Assembly (NCBI GenBank): GCA_028715605.1
Contig: JAQURM010000003.1
Location: 98,810 to 162,809, forward strand
Reading direction: 5' to 3'
DNA length: 64,000 nucleotides
DNA from: Desulfovibrionales bacterium
Lineage (GTDB): Bacteria; Desulfobacterota; QYQD01
The stretch's first letter is position 1. Each line of letters starts with the position of its first letter. The notes beneath the pieces were generated by a model. That model was not told the DNA's origin, ran no database searches, and saw only the letters and a program-made list of their open reading frames with translations. Positions 56,100-64,000 of the stretch are shown here, piece after piece. The translations under genes and the position numbers were made by a program.

Positions 56100-58025
56100 G
56101 TGGAGAACGTAAGATATGATGTAAGCCTTATTACAGAACATGATACCTATCTTTTTAAAGAAGGAAATCACTTTCGACTCTATGACAAACTGGGGTCGCA
56201 TGCGACGACCGTAGGTGATATGCGGGGTATTTACTTTGCCGTCTGGGCGCCGAATGCGCATAAGGTGTCCGTAGTCGGAGATTTCAACGGATGGGTTCCG
56301 GAGGCCCATCCCTTAAGGTCAAGGGACGATAGCTCCGGTATATGGGAAGGCTTTATCCCCGGTATCGGCCGGGGTGCGCTCTATAAGTACCATATTGTTT
56401 CGAATTACAATAACTATATGGTAGATAAGGGAGATCCCTATGCCTTTCTATGGGAGGCTCCTCCGCGAACTGCCAGCGTGGTGTGGGGCCTGGGATATGA
56501 ATGGAACGACGGGGAATGGATGAAAAACCGACGCCATCATAACAGGCTTGACGCCCCTTTTTCCATCTACGAGGTTCATCTGGGATCATGGCGCCGGGTG
56601 CCGGAAGAGGGCAACCGGTTTCTCACCTACCGGGAGATGGCACATTACCTGGCGGATTATACAAAAGAGATGGGTTTTACCCATGTTGAATTATTGCCGG
56701 TAATGGAACATCCCTTCTACGGCTCCTGGGGGTATCAGACCCTGGGATATTTTGCCCCTACCAGCCGGTATGGGACTCCCCAGGATTTTATGTACTTCGT
56801 TGACCATCTCCATCAGAATGGAATCGGCGTTATCCTGGATTGGGTGCCTTCGCATTTTCCGAATGACGAGTACGGACTTATCTATTTTGACGGCACGCAC
56901 CTTTATGAACATGAAGACCCCAGGAAGGGATTTCACCCCGATTGGAACAGCGCCATTTTTAATTATGGCCGTAACGAGGTGAGAAATTTCCTTATCAGCA
57001 GCGCCCTCTTCTGGCTTGACAAATATCATATTGACGGGTTGAGGGTGGATGCCGTGGCCTCCATGCTCTACCTGGACTATGCGAGAACTGGTGGAGATTG
57101 GATACCGAATGAATACGGGGGGAACGAGAATATAGAAGCGATAAGCCTTATAAGAAGGTTTAACGAGGCGGTTTACGAAAATTATCCAGATGTTCAGACC
57201 ATGGCGGAAGAGTCCACCGCCTGGCCTATGGTTTCACGGCCGACATACGTGGGGGGCCTCGGATTCGGCATGAAGTGGAACATGGGCTGGATGCACGATA
57301 CGTTGGATTATTTTTCTATCGACCCTGTTTTCAGGAAGTATCATCATGACCAGCTTACCTTCAGTCTCTGGTATGCCTTTACAGAAAATTTTGTTCTCCC
57401 TCTTTCCCACGATGAGGTGGTTCATGGAAAAGGCTCGCTGTCCGGAAAGATGCCCGGGGATGAGTGGCAGAGGTCTGCCAACCTCAGGCTTTTGTTTGGA
57501 TATATGTACGGTCACCCCGGAAAGAAGCTGCTCTTTATGGGCGATGAATTCGGGCAGTGCAGGGAGTGGGTCCACGAAGAGAGTCTGGAATGGCATGTCC
57601 TTGAGTATCCCGCTCATCATGGGGTGCACAGGTGGCTCAGGGACCTGAACCACTTTTACCGGAACGAGCCGGCCATGCATGAGCTGGATTTTGAGGCAGA
57701 GGGTTTTGAGTGGATAGACTTCTATGATTGGGAGCAAGGCAGTATAAGCTTTATAAGAAAAGGCAAAACCACGGACGATATGATCCTGGTGGTCTGTAAC
57801 TTTACGCCGGTTCCCAGAGAGAACTACAGGCTCGGGGTCCCGCGGGGAGGCTTCTGGCGAGAGGTCTTAAACAGCGATGCCCGGATATATTGGGGGAGCA
57901 ATTGGGGGAATTCCGGGGGCGTTGAAGCAGCCCCGGTTCCGGCGCATGGGAGACCCTATTCTCTGTCCCTGCGGCTGCCTCCACTGGGTGTTCTCTTTTT
58001 TAAAAGTGAGGGGCATAGAAGATAA
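56100..58025 (+). CDS. glgB: 1,4-alpha-glucan branching enzyme (GTG start)
   Basis: GAGGAGG lies 6 nt upstream of the GTG. CBM48 and GH13 motifs ([37 protein letters not shown]). Confidence 0.95.
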   Translation: MENVRYDVSLITEHDTYLFKEGNHFRLYDKLGSHATTVGDMRGIYFAVWAPNAHKVSVVGDFNGWVPEAHPLRSRDDSSGIWEGFIPGIGRGALYKYHIVSNYNNYMVDKGDPYAFLWEAPPRTASVVWGLGYEWNDGEWMKNRRHHNRLDAPFSIYEVHLGSWRRVPEEGNRFLTYREMAHYLADYTKEMGFTHVELLPVMEHPFYGSWGYQTLGYFAPTSRYGTPQDFMYFVDHLHQNGIGVILDWVPSHFPNDEYGLIYFDGTHLYEHEDPRKGFHPDWNSAIFNYGRNEVRNFLISSALFWLDKYHIDGLRVDAVASMLYLDYARTGGDWIPNEYGGNENIEAISLIRRFNEAVYENYPDVQTMAEESTAWPMVSRPTYVGGLGFGMKWNMGWMHDTLDYFSIDPVFRKYHHDQLTFSLWYAFTENFVLPLSHDEVVHGKGSLSGKMPGDEWQRSANLRLLFGYMYGHPGKKLLFMGDEFGQCREWVHEESLEWHVLEYPAHHGVHRWLRDLNHFYRNEPAMHELDFEAEGFEWIDFYDWEQGSISFIRKGKTTDDMILVVCNFTPVPRENYRLGVPRGGFWREVLNSDARIYWGSNWGNSGGVEAAPVPAHGRPYSLSLRLPPLGVLFFKSEGHRR

Positions 58026-58072
58026 CAGTGAACAATGCCGAAAAGGTAATGTCAAAAGTTATATGAAAAACA

Positions 58073-58302
58073 AGCCACAGAGGACACAGAGCGCACAGAG
58101 CAACGTAAAGAAATCAAAAGAAAAAGACAGAGCAGCTAAGAAAAAAGCAGATTTATGGGCACTTCCGTGACCTGTGTACCCTCAAGGGCTGTGATTGAGC
58201 CATTGTCTGGGGGACAACAAGAGCATTGGAGAAACTGGGGAGGGGAGGAACCAAATTGTGCTTTAACCTACTGATACCTCTGTGTTCTCTGTGCTCTCTG
58301 TG
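58073..58302. repeat. Inverted-repeat pair CCACAGAGGACACAGAGCGCACAGAGC / GCTCTCTGTGCTCTCTGTGG flanking about 170 bp, between glgB and malQ
   Basis: The arm at 58073-58103 is complementary to 58275-58302. Related CAGAACACAGAATACAGAAT motifs lie at 7050-7110. Confidence 0.6.
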
Positions 58303-58345
58303 GCAAAAGTTTTGACAGTACGGCCGAAAATTTGAGGAGAAATAA

Positions 58346-59845
58346 ATGAAGAGGCGAGGAAGCGGCATATTGCTCCACATCACATCCCTGCCTTCATCTT
58401 ACGGTATAGGGGATTTGGGTCCATCGGCGTACCAGTTTGTGGATTTTCTTTCTGAAGCCAGACAGGGCTTCTGGCAGATACTCCCCTTAAAGCCTACCAG
58501 TACGGCGCACGGGAATTCTCCCTACAGCAGTTTTTCCGCCTTTGCGGGGAATACGCTCCTTATCAGTCCTGAGCGCCTGGTAGAGGAAGGCCTTCTCTCA
58601 AAAAGGGATGTCGAAGACTGCCCTCCGTTCTCTAATGAAATGGTTATCTACGAGGCCGTGACCGGGTACAAGACAGAACTTTTTCGCGCCGCCTATGGCA
58701 ACTTTAAAAAAAGAAGGCAAAAAGATTGCGACTTTGAAGAGTTCTGTAATGAGAATCGCTACTGGCTGGATGATTATGCCCTGTTTGTGACTCTAAAGGA
58801 AAGTTTCAGCGGGGCCATCTGGGGCGAATGGCCGGAGGATATCAGAGATAGAAAAGGGGATATAAGTAAAAGGTTAAAGGGCAGGCTTAAAGACAAAATT
58901 GAGATGGAGAAGTTCCTTCAGTATGTATTTTACAAACAGTGGCATTCATTAAGGGCTTACTGTAATAGCAGAGACATCCAGATAATAGGAGACATTCCTA
59001 TCTATGTGAATTACGACAGCGCAGACGTATGGGCCAATCCCCGGATATTCAAATTGGGCGAAAACAGAAGACCGACCTTTGTGGCCGGGGTTCCCCCCGA
59101 TTACTTTAGCAGCACAGGCCAGTTGTGGGGTAATCCGGTTTATAATTGGGAAGCCCTGAAGAAAACCGGCTACGCTTGGTGGATAAGGCTTATAGAACAC
59201 AACCTGAAACTCTTTAATATAATCAGGCTTGACCATTTCAGGGGGCTTGTGGCCTATTGGGAGGTCCCGGCCGGTGAAGAGACGGCTATAAATGGGAAAT
59301 GGGTAGAAGTCCCGGTCCGGGACTTTTTCGATAAGCTTTTGAAACATTTTCTCTCCCTTCCCATTATTGCTGAAGACCTGGGGATTATAACCCCGGATGT
59401 ACGGGAAATCGTTGACCTATACGGATTTCCGGGGATGAAGCTGCTCCTCTTTGCCTTTGGTGACGACCTGGCGACGAATCCTTACGTGCCGCACAATCAC
59501 GTAAAAAACTGTGTGATATATACAGGAACGCATGACAATAATACGGCTAAGGGATGGTTCGGGAAAGAGGCCAGACCTGAAGATAAGCGGAGGCTTTTTC
59601 AATACCTGGGGCGGGAGGTCTCAGAGGAGACGGTTCACCAGGAACTCACAAGGATGGCCATGATGTCCGTGGCCGATCTGGCTATCATCCCCATGCAGGA
59701 CATCCTTGGCCTGGGGGAAGAGGCCCGGATGAACGTCCCGGCCACGGCCGACGGCAATTGGGGCTGGCGGCTCTTACCGGAACAATTAACGCCTTCCCTG
59801 GCTGCCAGCCTTTCAGAACTTACCCATATTTATGGAAGGGCGTAA
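58346..59845 (+). CDS. malQ: 4-alpha-glucanotransferase (amylomaltase)
   Basis: RGSGILLHITSLPS..GIGDLG, GD.P and GTHDN GH77 motifs. Confidence 0.9.
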   Translation: MKRRGSGILLHITSLPSSYGIGDLGPSAYQFVDFLSEARQGFWQILPLKPTSTAHGNSPYSSFSAFAGNTLLISPERLVEEGLLSKRDVEDCPPFSNEMVIYEAVTGYKTELFRAAYGNFKKRRQKDCDFEEFCNENRYWLDDYALFVTLKESFSGAIWGEWPEDIRDRKGDISKRLKGRLKDKIEMEKFLQYVFYKQWHSLRAYCNSRDIQIIGDIPIYVNYDSADVWANPRIFKLGENRRPTFVAGVPPDYFSSTGQLWGNPVYNWEALKKTGYAWWIRLIEHNLKLFNIIRLDHFRGLVAYWEVPAGEETAINGKWVEVPVRDFFDKLLKHFLSLPIIAEDLGIITPDVREIVDLYGFPGMKLLLFAFGDDLATNPYVPHNHVKNCVIYTGTHDNNTAKGWFGKEARPEDKRRLFQYLGREVSEETVHQELTRMAMMSVADLAIIPMQDILGLGEEARMNVPATADGNWGWRLLPEQLTPSLAASLSELTHIYGRA

Positions 59846-59887
59846 CTGTCCCCTGGACTTAGTCTTTAATGGGGTGATTGAGGGAAA

Positions 59888-60310
59888 TCAGGATGGATTG
59901 CCACCGCCAAACCCCATGATTCTTTCCGTGAAAGCAACAAGATTATCAAGATCGCTTTTTATGACGGATTTAACAATCTCTATATCCATCCTTTGATACT
60001 GATGAATGACGACATTTCGAAAGTGGACCATTTTCTTTAATTTTTCTGTAAGAGCGCTGTCGATGACGGATTTCTTCCGCAGGAGGTCAAAACTCTCGGC
60101 GCTGGAAGTTGGGATTCCCATTTTGTGTGCTTTAATAATATGATTTGCCAGGTCGAGCGCCTGTTCGCATGCCCGAAGGATATTTAAGACAGCGGCATCC
60201 TGCCGGGAGTAATCCTCATCAAATCCCTCCGGATTTTTCATATACTCCTCTCTTGCGCGTTCTATGCAGCGTTGAATGCTTTGTATTTTATTAATCACAA
60301 TGTCATTCAT
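59888..60310 (-). CDS. hepT: HepT-family (DUF86) RNase toxin of a type VII toxin-antitoxin pair
   Basis: Rx4HxY motif RNVVIHQY. 4-nt overlap with upstream mntA. Confidence 0.8.
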   Translation of the reverse strand: MNDIVINKIQSIQRCIERAREEYMKNPEGFDEDYSRQDAAVLNILRACEQALDLANHIIKAHKMGIPTSSAESFDLLRKKSVIDSALTEKLKKMVHFRNVVIHQYQRMDIEIVKSVIKSDLDNLVAFTERIMGFGGGNPS

Positions 60311-60720
60311 ACATTAAAAGCCCTCCTGGTCTCAAAGAATGACTGTAAAATATCCCTGCGTTCCTCGCTTAATTTCTGGTAATAAGAAAGGACGAGCATT
60401 TCGAATTCATCGGTGGCATATTCATCGGCACAATAAATTCGGCGACCGGCAACGATAACTTCCTTCTGGAGGATAGTGGAAACCTCTCGTAAATTGATCA
60501 AATCCACATCCTTATTCAACAAAGATTCCAGTTCAAAACGTAAGTCGCTTATCATTAGAGAGCCTGCCTCTTTTGCCTTTTTCCATGGCAAAAGCAGCGC
60601 AATATCGACATCACTGTCCGGCCATTCCTCATCCGTGCCGTATGTGCCGAAAATATAAATGGCCTGTAAATCGGGATAATACTTAAGAGAGGCCTTAATA
60701 ATGACATCCCTTGCGTTCAT
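60307..60720 (-). CDS. mntA: MntA-family nucleotidyltransferase antitoxin
   Basis: GTYGTDEEWPDSDVDIALL minimal NTase motif (GS/T-x9-DxD). Confidence 0.8.
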   Translation of the reverse strand: MNARDVIIKASLKYYPDLQAIYIFGTYGTDEEWPDSDVDIALLLPWKKAKEAGSLMISDLRFELESLLNKDVDLINLREVSTILQKEVIVAGRRIYCADEYATDEFEMLVLSYYQKLSEERRDILQSFFETRRAFNV

Positions 60721-60821
60721 ACCCTCACCTCGATAATCTTTATAGTGTCGTTGCCGAAGATGTTCAACACTTCCACGGTGATCTTACGCCACCCCCGGCG
60801 CGCATTCGTGATATATACTTT

Positions 60822-60986
60822 TCAACTCCAAGGGGCGGTTTTTCTTGGTGCGGAAGGACCGCCATTCCATACCAATTCAACTTCCCGTTTCTCTTCAAAC
60901 AGCAAAAAACTGTACTTCTCCGGCAACGGCTTGCCCGCTTCGAGATGCCGGGTGATATCCCTGATTTCATTATCAGTCAGTTTCAT
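60822..60986 (-). pseudogene. 54-codon ORF resembling the N-terminus of an N6-adenine DNA methyltransferase (Type III Mod / Type IIG-like), probable gene remnant
   Basis: MKLTDNEIRDITRHLEAGKPLPEKYSFLLFEEKREVELVWNGG, compared with the conserved K.eLtWiGKe methylase N-termini. Ends at a stop 5 nt downstream of the 860-aa gene, with no catalytic domain. Confidence 0.35.
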
Positions 60987-60990
60987 CTGC

Positions 60991-63573
60991 CTATCTGTTC
61001 AGTTCCTTCTCTTCTTTTCCCGCCAGCGGTTTTTTCCTCTGTCCCCTTGTACTAACCTCTCTCGACGCTAAGTAAATGCTGCTAGTCCGTCTTCCAAACC
61101 ATCCTAAGTCAGCGGGATGATCATTAAATCCTTGAACATCATAGGCCACAATTGTTTTTAACTCGATATGAGAGCCTATGTGGTTTCTTATTTCATCAGA
61201 TGCCTTGATTAGAGATGCTTTCGTAGCCGATACATTTTCTTCTGGTTCACAATATCGCTCAAACGATAGCATGGCAATGTCTGGTTGAATTAAATTTATC
61301 TTTTTGATGAACTTATCTACTTCCCCAGGTTTGTTTATAAAAAGAGAAACGCTGAGTTTTACTTCAACTGCATAAAACTTACCGTCAAGAACGCAAAAAA
61401 TATCCATTTCATTTTTTGTCTCAGCATCATCGGACTTCTCAAATAGATCGACCTCTGGTAGATACCAAAAACTTCCTCTAATAAACCGATCATGCAAGAA
61501 TCCCAGAGTCCACAGTACGGGTAAGCCAGTCTGTTTAATTAGTGAGCGATAAACAAAATCATTAAGTTGATATGTCCATCCAAGATCAATAGGCGCTAAG
61601 TATTCCCTGCTACAAATTTCACAGCTATTCTTAATTTTCATGCCATCGAAGCTGCGAGAGTTCGTATGCCCACAATATTGACATCTCCACTGGTGCACTT
61701 GATAGAAGACATTAGTTCTTATTAGGTATTCGAGTGTATCGGTAAGATTGTTCATCATAAAATTTGAAACCTTACCGATATTACTTACATTCAGCTTTTT
61801 CATTAATTTTTCTCTAGTTGGCCGATCATTTGGGAGAAACCCGTTTAGTTTTTCACGGTCATATACGAGATATTTTACCGAATCTTCTTTTCCTGCTCTT
61901 AATACTGCTCTCCAATACTTATTGGTCAGAATTTCATAGGCGCTGGAGAGACTGCCAACCATTGAGATAACACCTCGTAGATTTTGTCCCTTATCAGATA
62001 TCGATAGATCTTGGTAAGAATTCTTCACTATCGAAGCTCGTAAATCATCCGGTGGATACTTGAAGAAATCTAGTACTAGGTGTTGGAAAAATATCTCATC
62101 ATCAGGTAAAGACAAGTTATACAAATACTCTTTATTAATAGATTGGTCACCGATGGGAAAGTCTTCTGTTGTTGGTAGAAGTGCGAGTCGGTGACCGATG
62201 GTAACTTTTCCTAAGTTTTTAGTAAAAGCTCTTACGATTTTACGTCTTCGCGGCAACACCCAGTTGTCAACAACGTTAGAATATCTGGACAAGTTATTGT
62301 GTCTCTGGATATCAAGTTCAACGACCCATTGACCCTTGGCGATGCCCTTGTAACGAGGAGGTATATAGGTGAAATGCGCGGGCTCTTCAGCTGGTAACGT
62401 ATTAGTATCTTCATTTAGTTTGAATGTGGATGTGTCGGTTGATCTTCTAAAGTAACCTGCCTTTAATTTCTTTTTCTCCGGTAATGCAGGTACGTTGAAA
62501 TTTTTTCCAACAAATATCGAGTTGTAGGTGTGCTTACTCAGCTTATCTTGGATTGAGCGCAGCTCTTCTTCGCTATGGCTGTAGCTTCGAATGGAAACCT
62601 TAGCGGGACCGTTTTCTTGTCCCAGGAAATTGTTCTGGTTCAGATATTGACCCAACTGACTTATCAAGTTTTCATCATTGAAAAATGTAGCTTCTATGAT
62701 AAATGCGCCCGGTGTTGTGGCGTAACTAGGAGTGAAATGGCGAGCGTTCCAGAAATGAACTCGATCAAGAAGTGTTTTTCCTATGAAAAGGTTAAAGCTA
62801 TGCGCCCATTCATATGGTTCAACCCGAGGTATAGCTTCGCTATGTGCCGACGCAAGTCTAGCAATTGGCAATGCCTTTCGGTTGCTAAGCGCAGAAAGTA
62901 TATCTGCAATCGAACCGCATCTCTCGGTACCTGCGATGATACGGTCGGATAGATCAGGAGGAACTAGGCAAAGCGTTCGAAAGAGATCAGGGATGGCATG
63001 AGTGACTATGTGAACCTTAAATGCCGTACCAAAGTTATCACTTAACAGGCGATGTGTGGATTCGTTACCGTATTGGGTGATGACGGTAATTTCACTCTCT
63101 GGTTTTTGCCTCATAAAGGACGGATACTGCGCATGGGGGCTTTGGATCGTTGTCATCGATGATATAGGTCTAAAGTAGTGTTGCCAGTCATGAATAAACG
63201 CGCGCCAGTGAAGATCGTCTAAATCATGTTTCCTAATCTCATGCCGTAGAAACGCGATCGGAGAGCACACCCTATCGATTTTTTCGACCAGGTCTTTTTC
63301 CAGTTCAACGTATGTACAAACGAAATCCGGATCGAAAAATTCCAACCACGATTCATAAGCTGGATCGAGGAACTCCATTGAACCAGAAGGAACGATTAGC
63401 GTGTAAGCGCCGGCCCAGCGTGTGTAGGACTCATAGAATAACGCGTCCAATAACATATGATTAACAGATAATTCGTCGTAGGGGACTAGATACGCGATCT
63501 TTATGGGCCGGTTGCTGGTCTTGACCTCAATCGTTTTCCCAAGACTTTGGGGGCGGTCTAAATTCATATTCAT
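60991..63573 (-). CDS. Large AT-rich gene (860 aa) of unknown function with a C-terminal C4 zinc ribbon and a PD-(D/E)xK-like nuclease motif
   Basis: By eye about 36-40% GC against about 53% for the flanks. CQYCGHTN...CEICSREY. EMDIFCVLDGKFYAVEVKLS (D..D/E-V-K). No Walker A, no RT YxDD. Confidence 0.7.
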   Translation of the reverse strand: MNMNLDRPQSLGKTIEVKTSNRPIKIAYLVPYDELSVNHMLLDALFYESYTRWAGAYTLIVPSGSMEFLDPAYESWLEFFDPDFVCTYVELEKDLVEKIDRVCSPIAFLRHEIRKHDLDDLHWRAFIHDWQHYFRPISSMTTIQSPHAQYPSFMRQKPESEITVITQYGNESTHRLLSDNFGTAFKVHIVTHAIPDLFRTLCLVPPDLSDRIIAGTERCGSIADILSALSNRKALPIARLASAHSEAIPRVEPYEWAHSFNLFIGKTLLDRVHFWNARHFTPSYATTPGAFIIEATFFNDENLISQLGQYLNQNNFLGQENGPAKVSIRSYSHSEEELRSIQDKLSKHTYNSIFVGKNFNVPALPEKKKLKAGYFRRSTDTSTFKLNEDTNTLPAEEPAHFTYIPPRYKGIAKGQWVVELDIQRHNNLSRYSNVVDNWVLPRRRKIVRAFTKNLGKVTIGHRLALLPTTEDFPIGDQSINKEYLYNLSLPDDEIFFQHLVLDFFKYPPDDLRASIVKNSYQDLSISDKGQNLRGVISMVGSLSSAYEILTNKYWRAVLRAGKEDSVKYLVYDREKLNGFLPNDRPTREKLMKKLNVSNIGKVSNFMMNNLTDTLEYLIRTNVFYQVHQWRCQYCGHTNSRSFDGMKIKNSCEICSREYLAPIDLGWTYQLNDFVYRSLIKQTGLPVLWTLGFLHDRFIRGSFWYLPEVDLFEKSDDAETKNEMDIFCVLDGKFYAVEVKLSVSLFINKPGEVDKFIKKINLIQPDIAMLSFERYCEPEENVSATKASLIKASDEIRNHIGSHIELKTIVAYDVQGFNDHPADLGWFGRRTSSIYLASREVSTRGQRKKPLAGKEEKELNR

Positions 63574-63599
63574 TTAGCAAAGAAACCTATTTTGTGCAG

Positions 63600-63900
63600 A
63601 TAAAGCCGCTAAGCAGCCACGCAGCGTTTTTGCGTCGGTTGAATTAGCCTTGTGTACGCCCGGCATGGGCCTGAACCCTGCTTAATGTGTTGATACCTTA
63701 GCAGAAGTCCTGGCCGAAGGCAAGGGCGGAATCGTGATCCGCCTGCGGCGGACAGGGAGACCGTCTGAAGGAAGCTGAATATTGAAGCTCCCCGCTGCAA
63801 GCAGCGGGGGATGCGCTCGCTATGCATGTTCACTATTCCGCCTCAGGCGGATGCCAGGTGGGGAGGGGCCAGGGGTGAGAAGCTACCGCTTCCTGAATTA
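63600..63900. other. GC-rich, hairpin-dense non-coding block (candidate structured RNA or mobile-element boundary)
   Basis: Multiple perfect hairpins: CCGCC-tg-CGGCGG, CCCCGCTG-caag-CAGCGGGG, CCGCC-tca-GGCGG. Flanked by AT-rich sequence on both sides. Confidence 0.4.
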
Positions 63901-64000
63901 GATGGCTATTGTTTTTTAATCCCAAAAATCTTTCGGGTCTATATTGAAACGACGTAATATTGCCAAGATGGTTTGAAAGTATATTTCAGTGGATGGGCCA

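Noticed and set aside
60745-61071. 108-aa and 114-aa + strand ORFs between mntA and the 860-aa gene
   Set aside because: They overlap the minus-strand methyltransferase-like fragment and the 3' end of the large gene, with no support. The minus-strand 54-codon ORF has the recognisable motif instead.
63600-63990. Possible group II intron or retron ncRNA in the GC-rich block after the 860-aa gene
   Set aside because: The adjacent ORF has no reverse-transcriptase motifs (no YxDD). No domain V-like GAGC..GUAUG..ACGUACGGUUC motif is visible. The window ends before any further evidence. I kept it only as an unassigned structured element.
1-64000. tRNA or rRNA genes
   Set aside because: No cloverleaf-compatible T-loop/anticodon arrangement, and no rRNA-like conserved stretches, were seen on either strand.

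Overview
The window is a repeat-rich chromosomal segment of about 52-55% GC, probably from a free-living Gram-negative (Desulfobacterota/Proteobacteria-like) bacterium. It is mostly housekeeping genes: a mutL-miaA pair, der, ychF, dinB, trmFO, and a complete trpEGDCFBA operon preceded by a Trp-codon leader peptide and a textbook attenuator. It also carries a zur-znuACB zinc-uptake operon, glycogen genes (glgB, malQ, a GH13 enzyme), two tandem TatA paralogs, an amgK/murU-like pair and several sensor kinases. I found no rRNA, tRNA or CRISPR arrays. Four things stand out. First, at 27.4-35.6 kb there is a phage-derived locus without any other phage genes. It has three tandem paralogous proteins of unknown family with shared N- and C-terminal motifs, a secreted CarboxypepD_reg-like protein, a membrane protein, a PG_binding_1+LAS-peptidase endolysin-like hydrolase, and an orphan T4 gp19/TIGR02241-type contractile tail-tube homolog. 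Downstream are a 778-aa Cys-rich protein with a poly-Pro linker and a secreted papain-fold (C39-like) peptidase. Sheath, baseplate, ATPase, capsid and terminase genes are all absent, so this is a candidate undescribed tail-tube-based surface or secretion module. Second, at 60.9-63.6 kb there is a strikingly AT-rich 860-aa gene (about 38% GC by eye) with a C4 zinc ribbon and a PD-(D/E)xK-like motif. It lies next to a DNA-methyltransferase N-terminal fragment, a HepT/MntA toxin-antitoxin pair and a GC-rich highly structured element, which looks like an acquired defense-type island. Third, there are two paralogous sigma-54 promoter modules with palindromic upstream activator sites, each driving a PEP-CTERM (exosortase-substrate) protein gene. 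Fourth, I see at least five families of short dispersed palindromic or MITE-like repeats. One of them (CCCCCTTT..AAAGGGGG units) sits in-frame inside miaA, a ykgJ-like gene and a TPR gene, in the manner of Rickettsia RPE elements.
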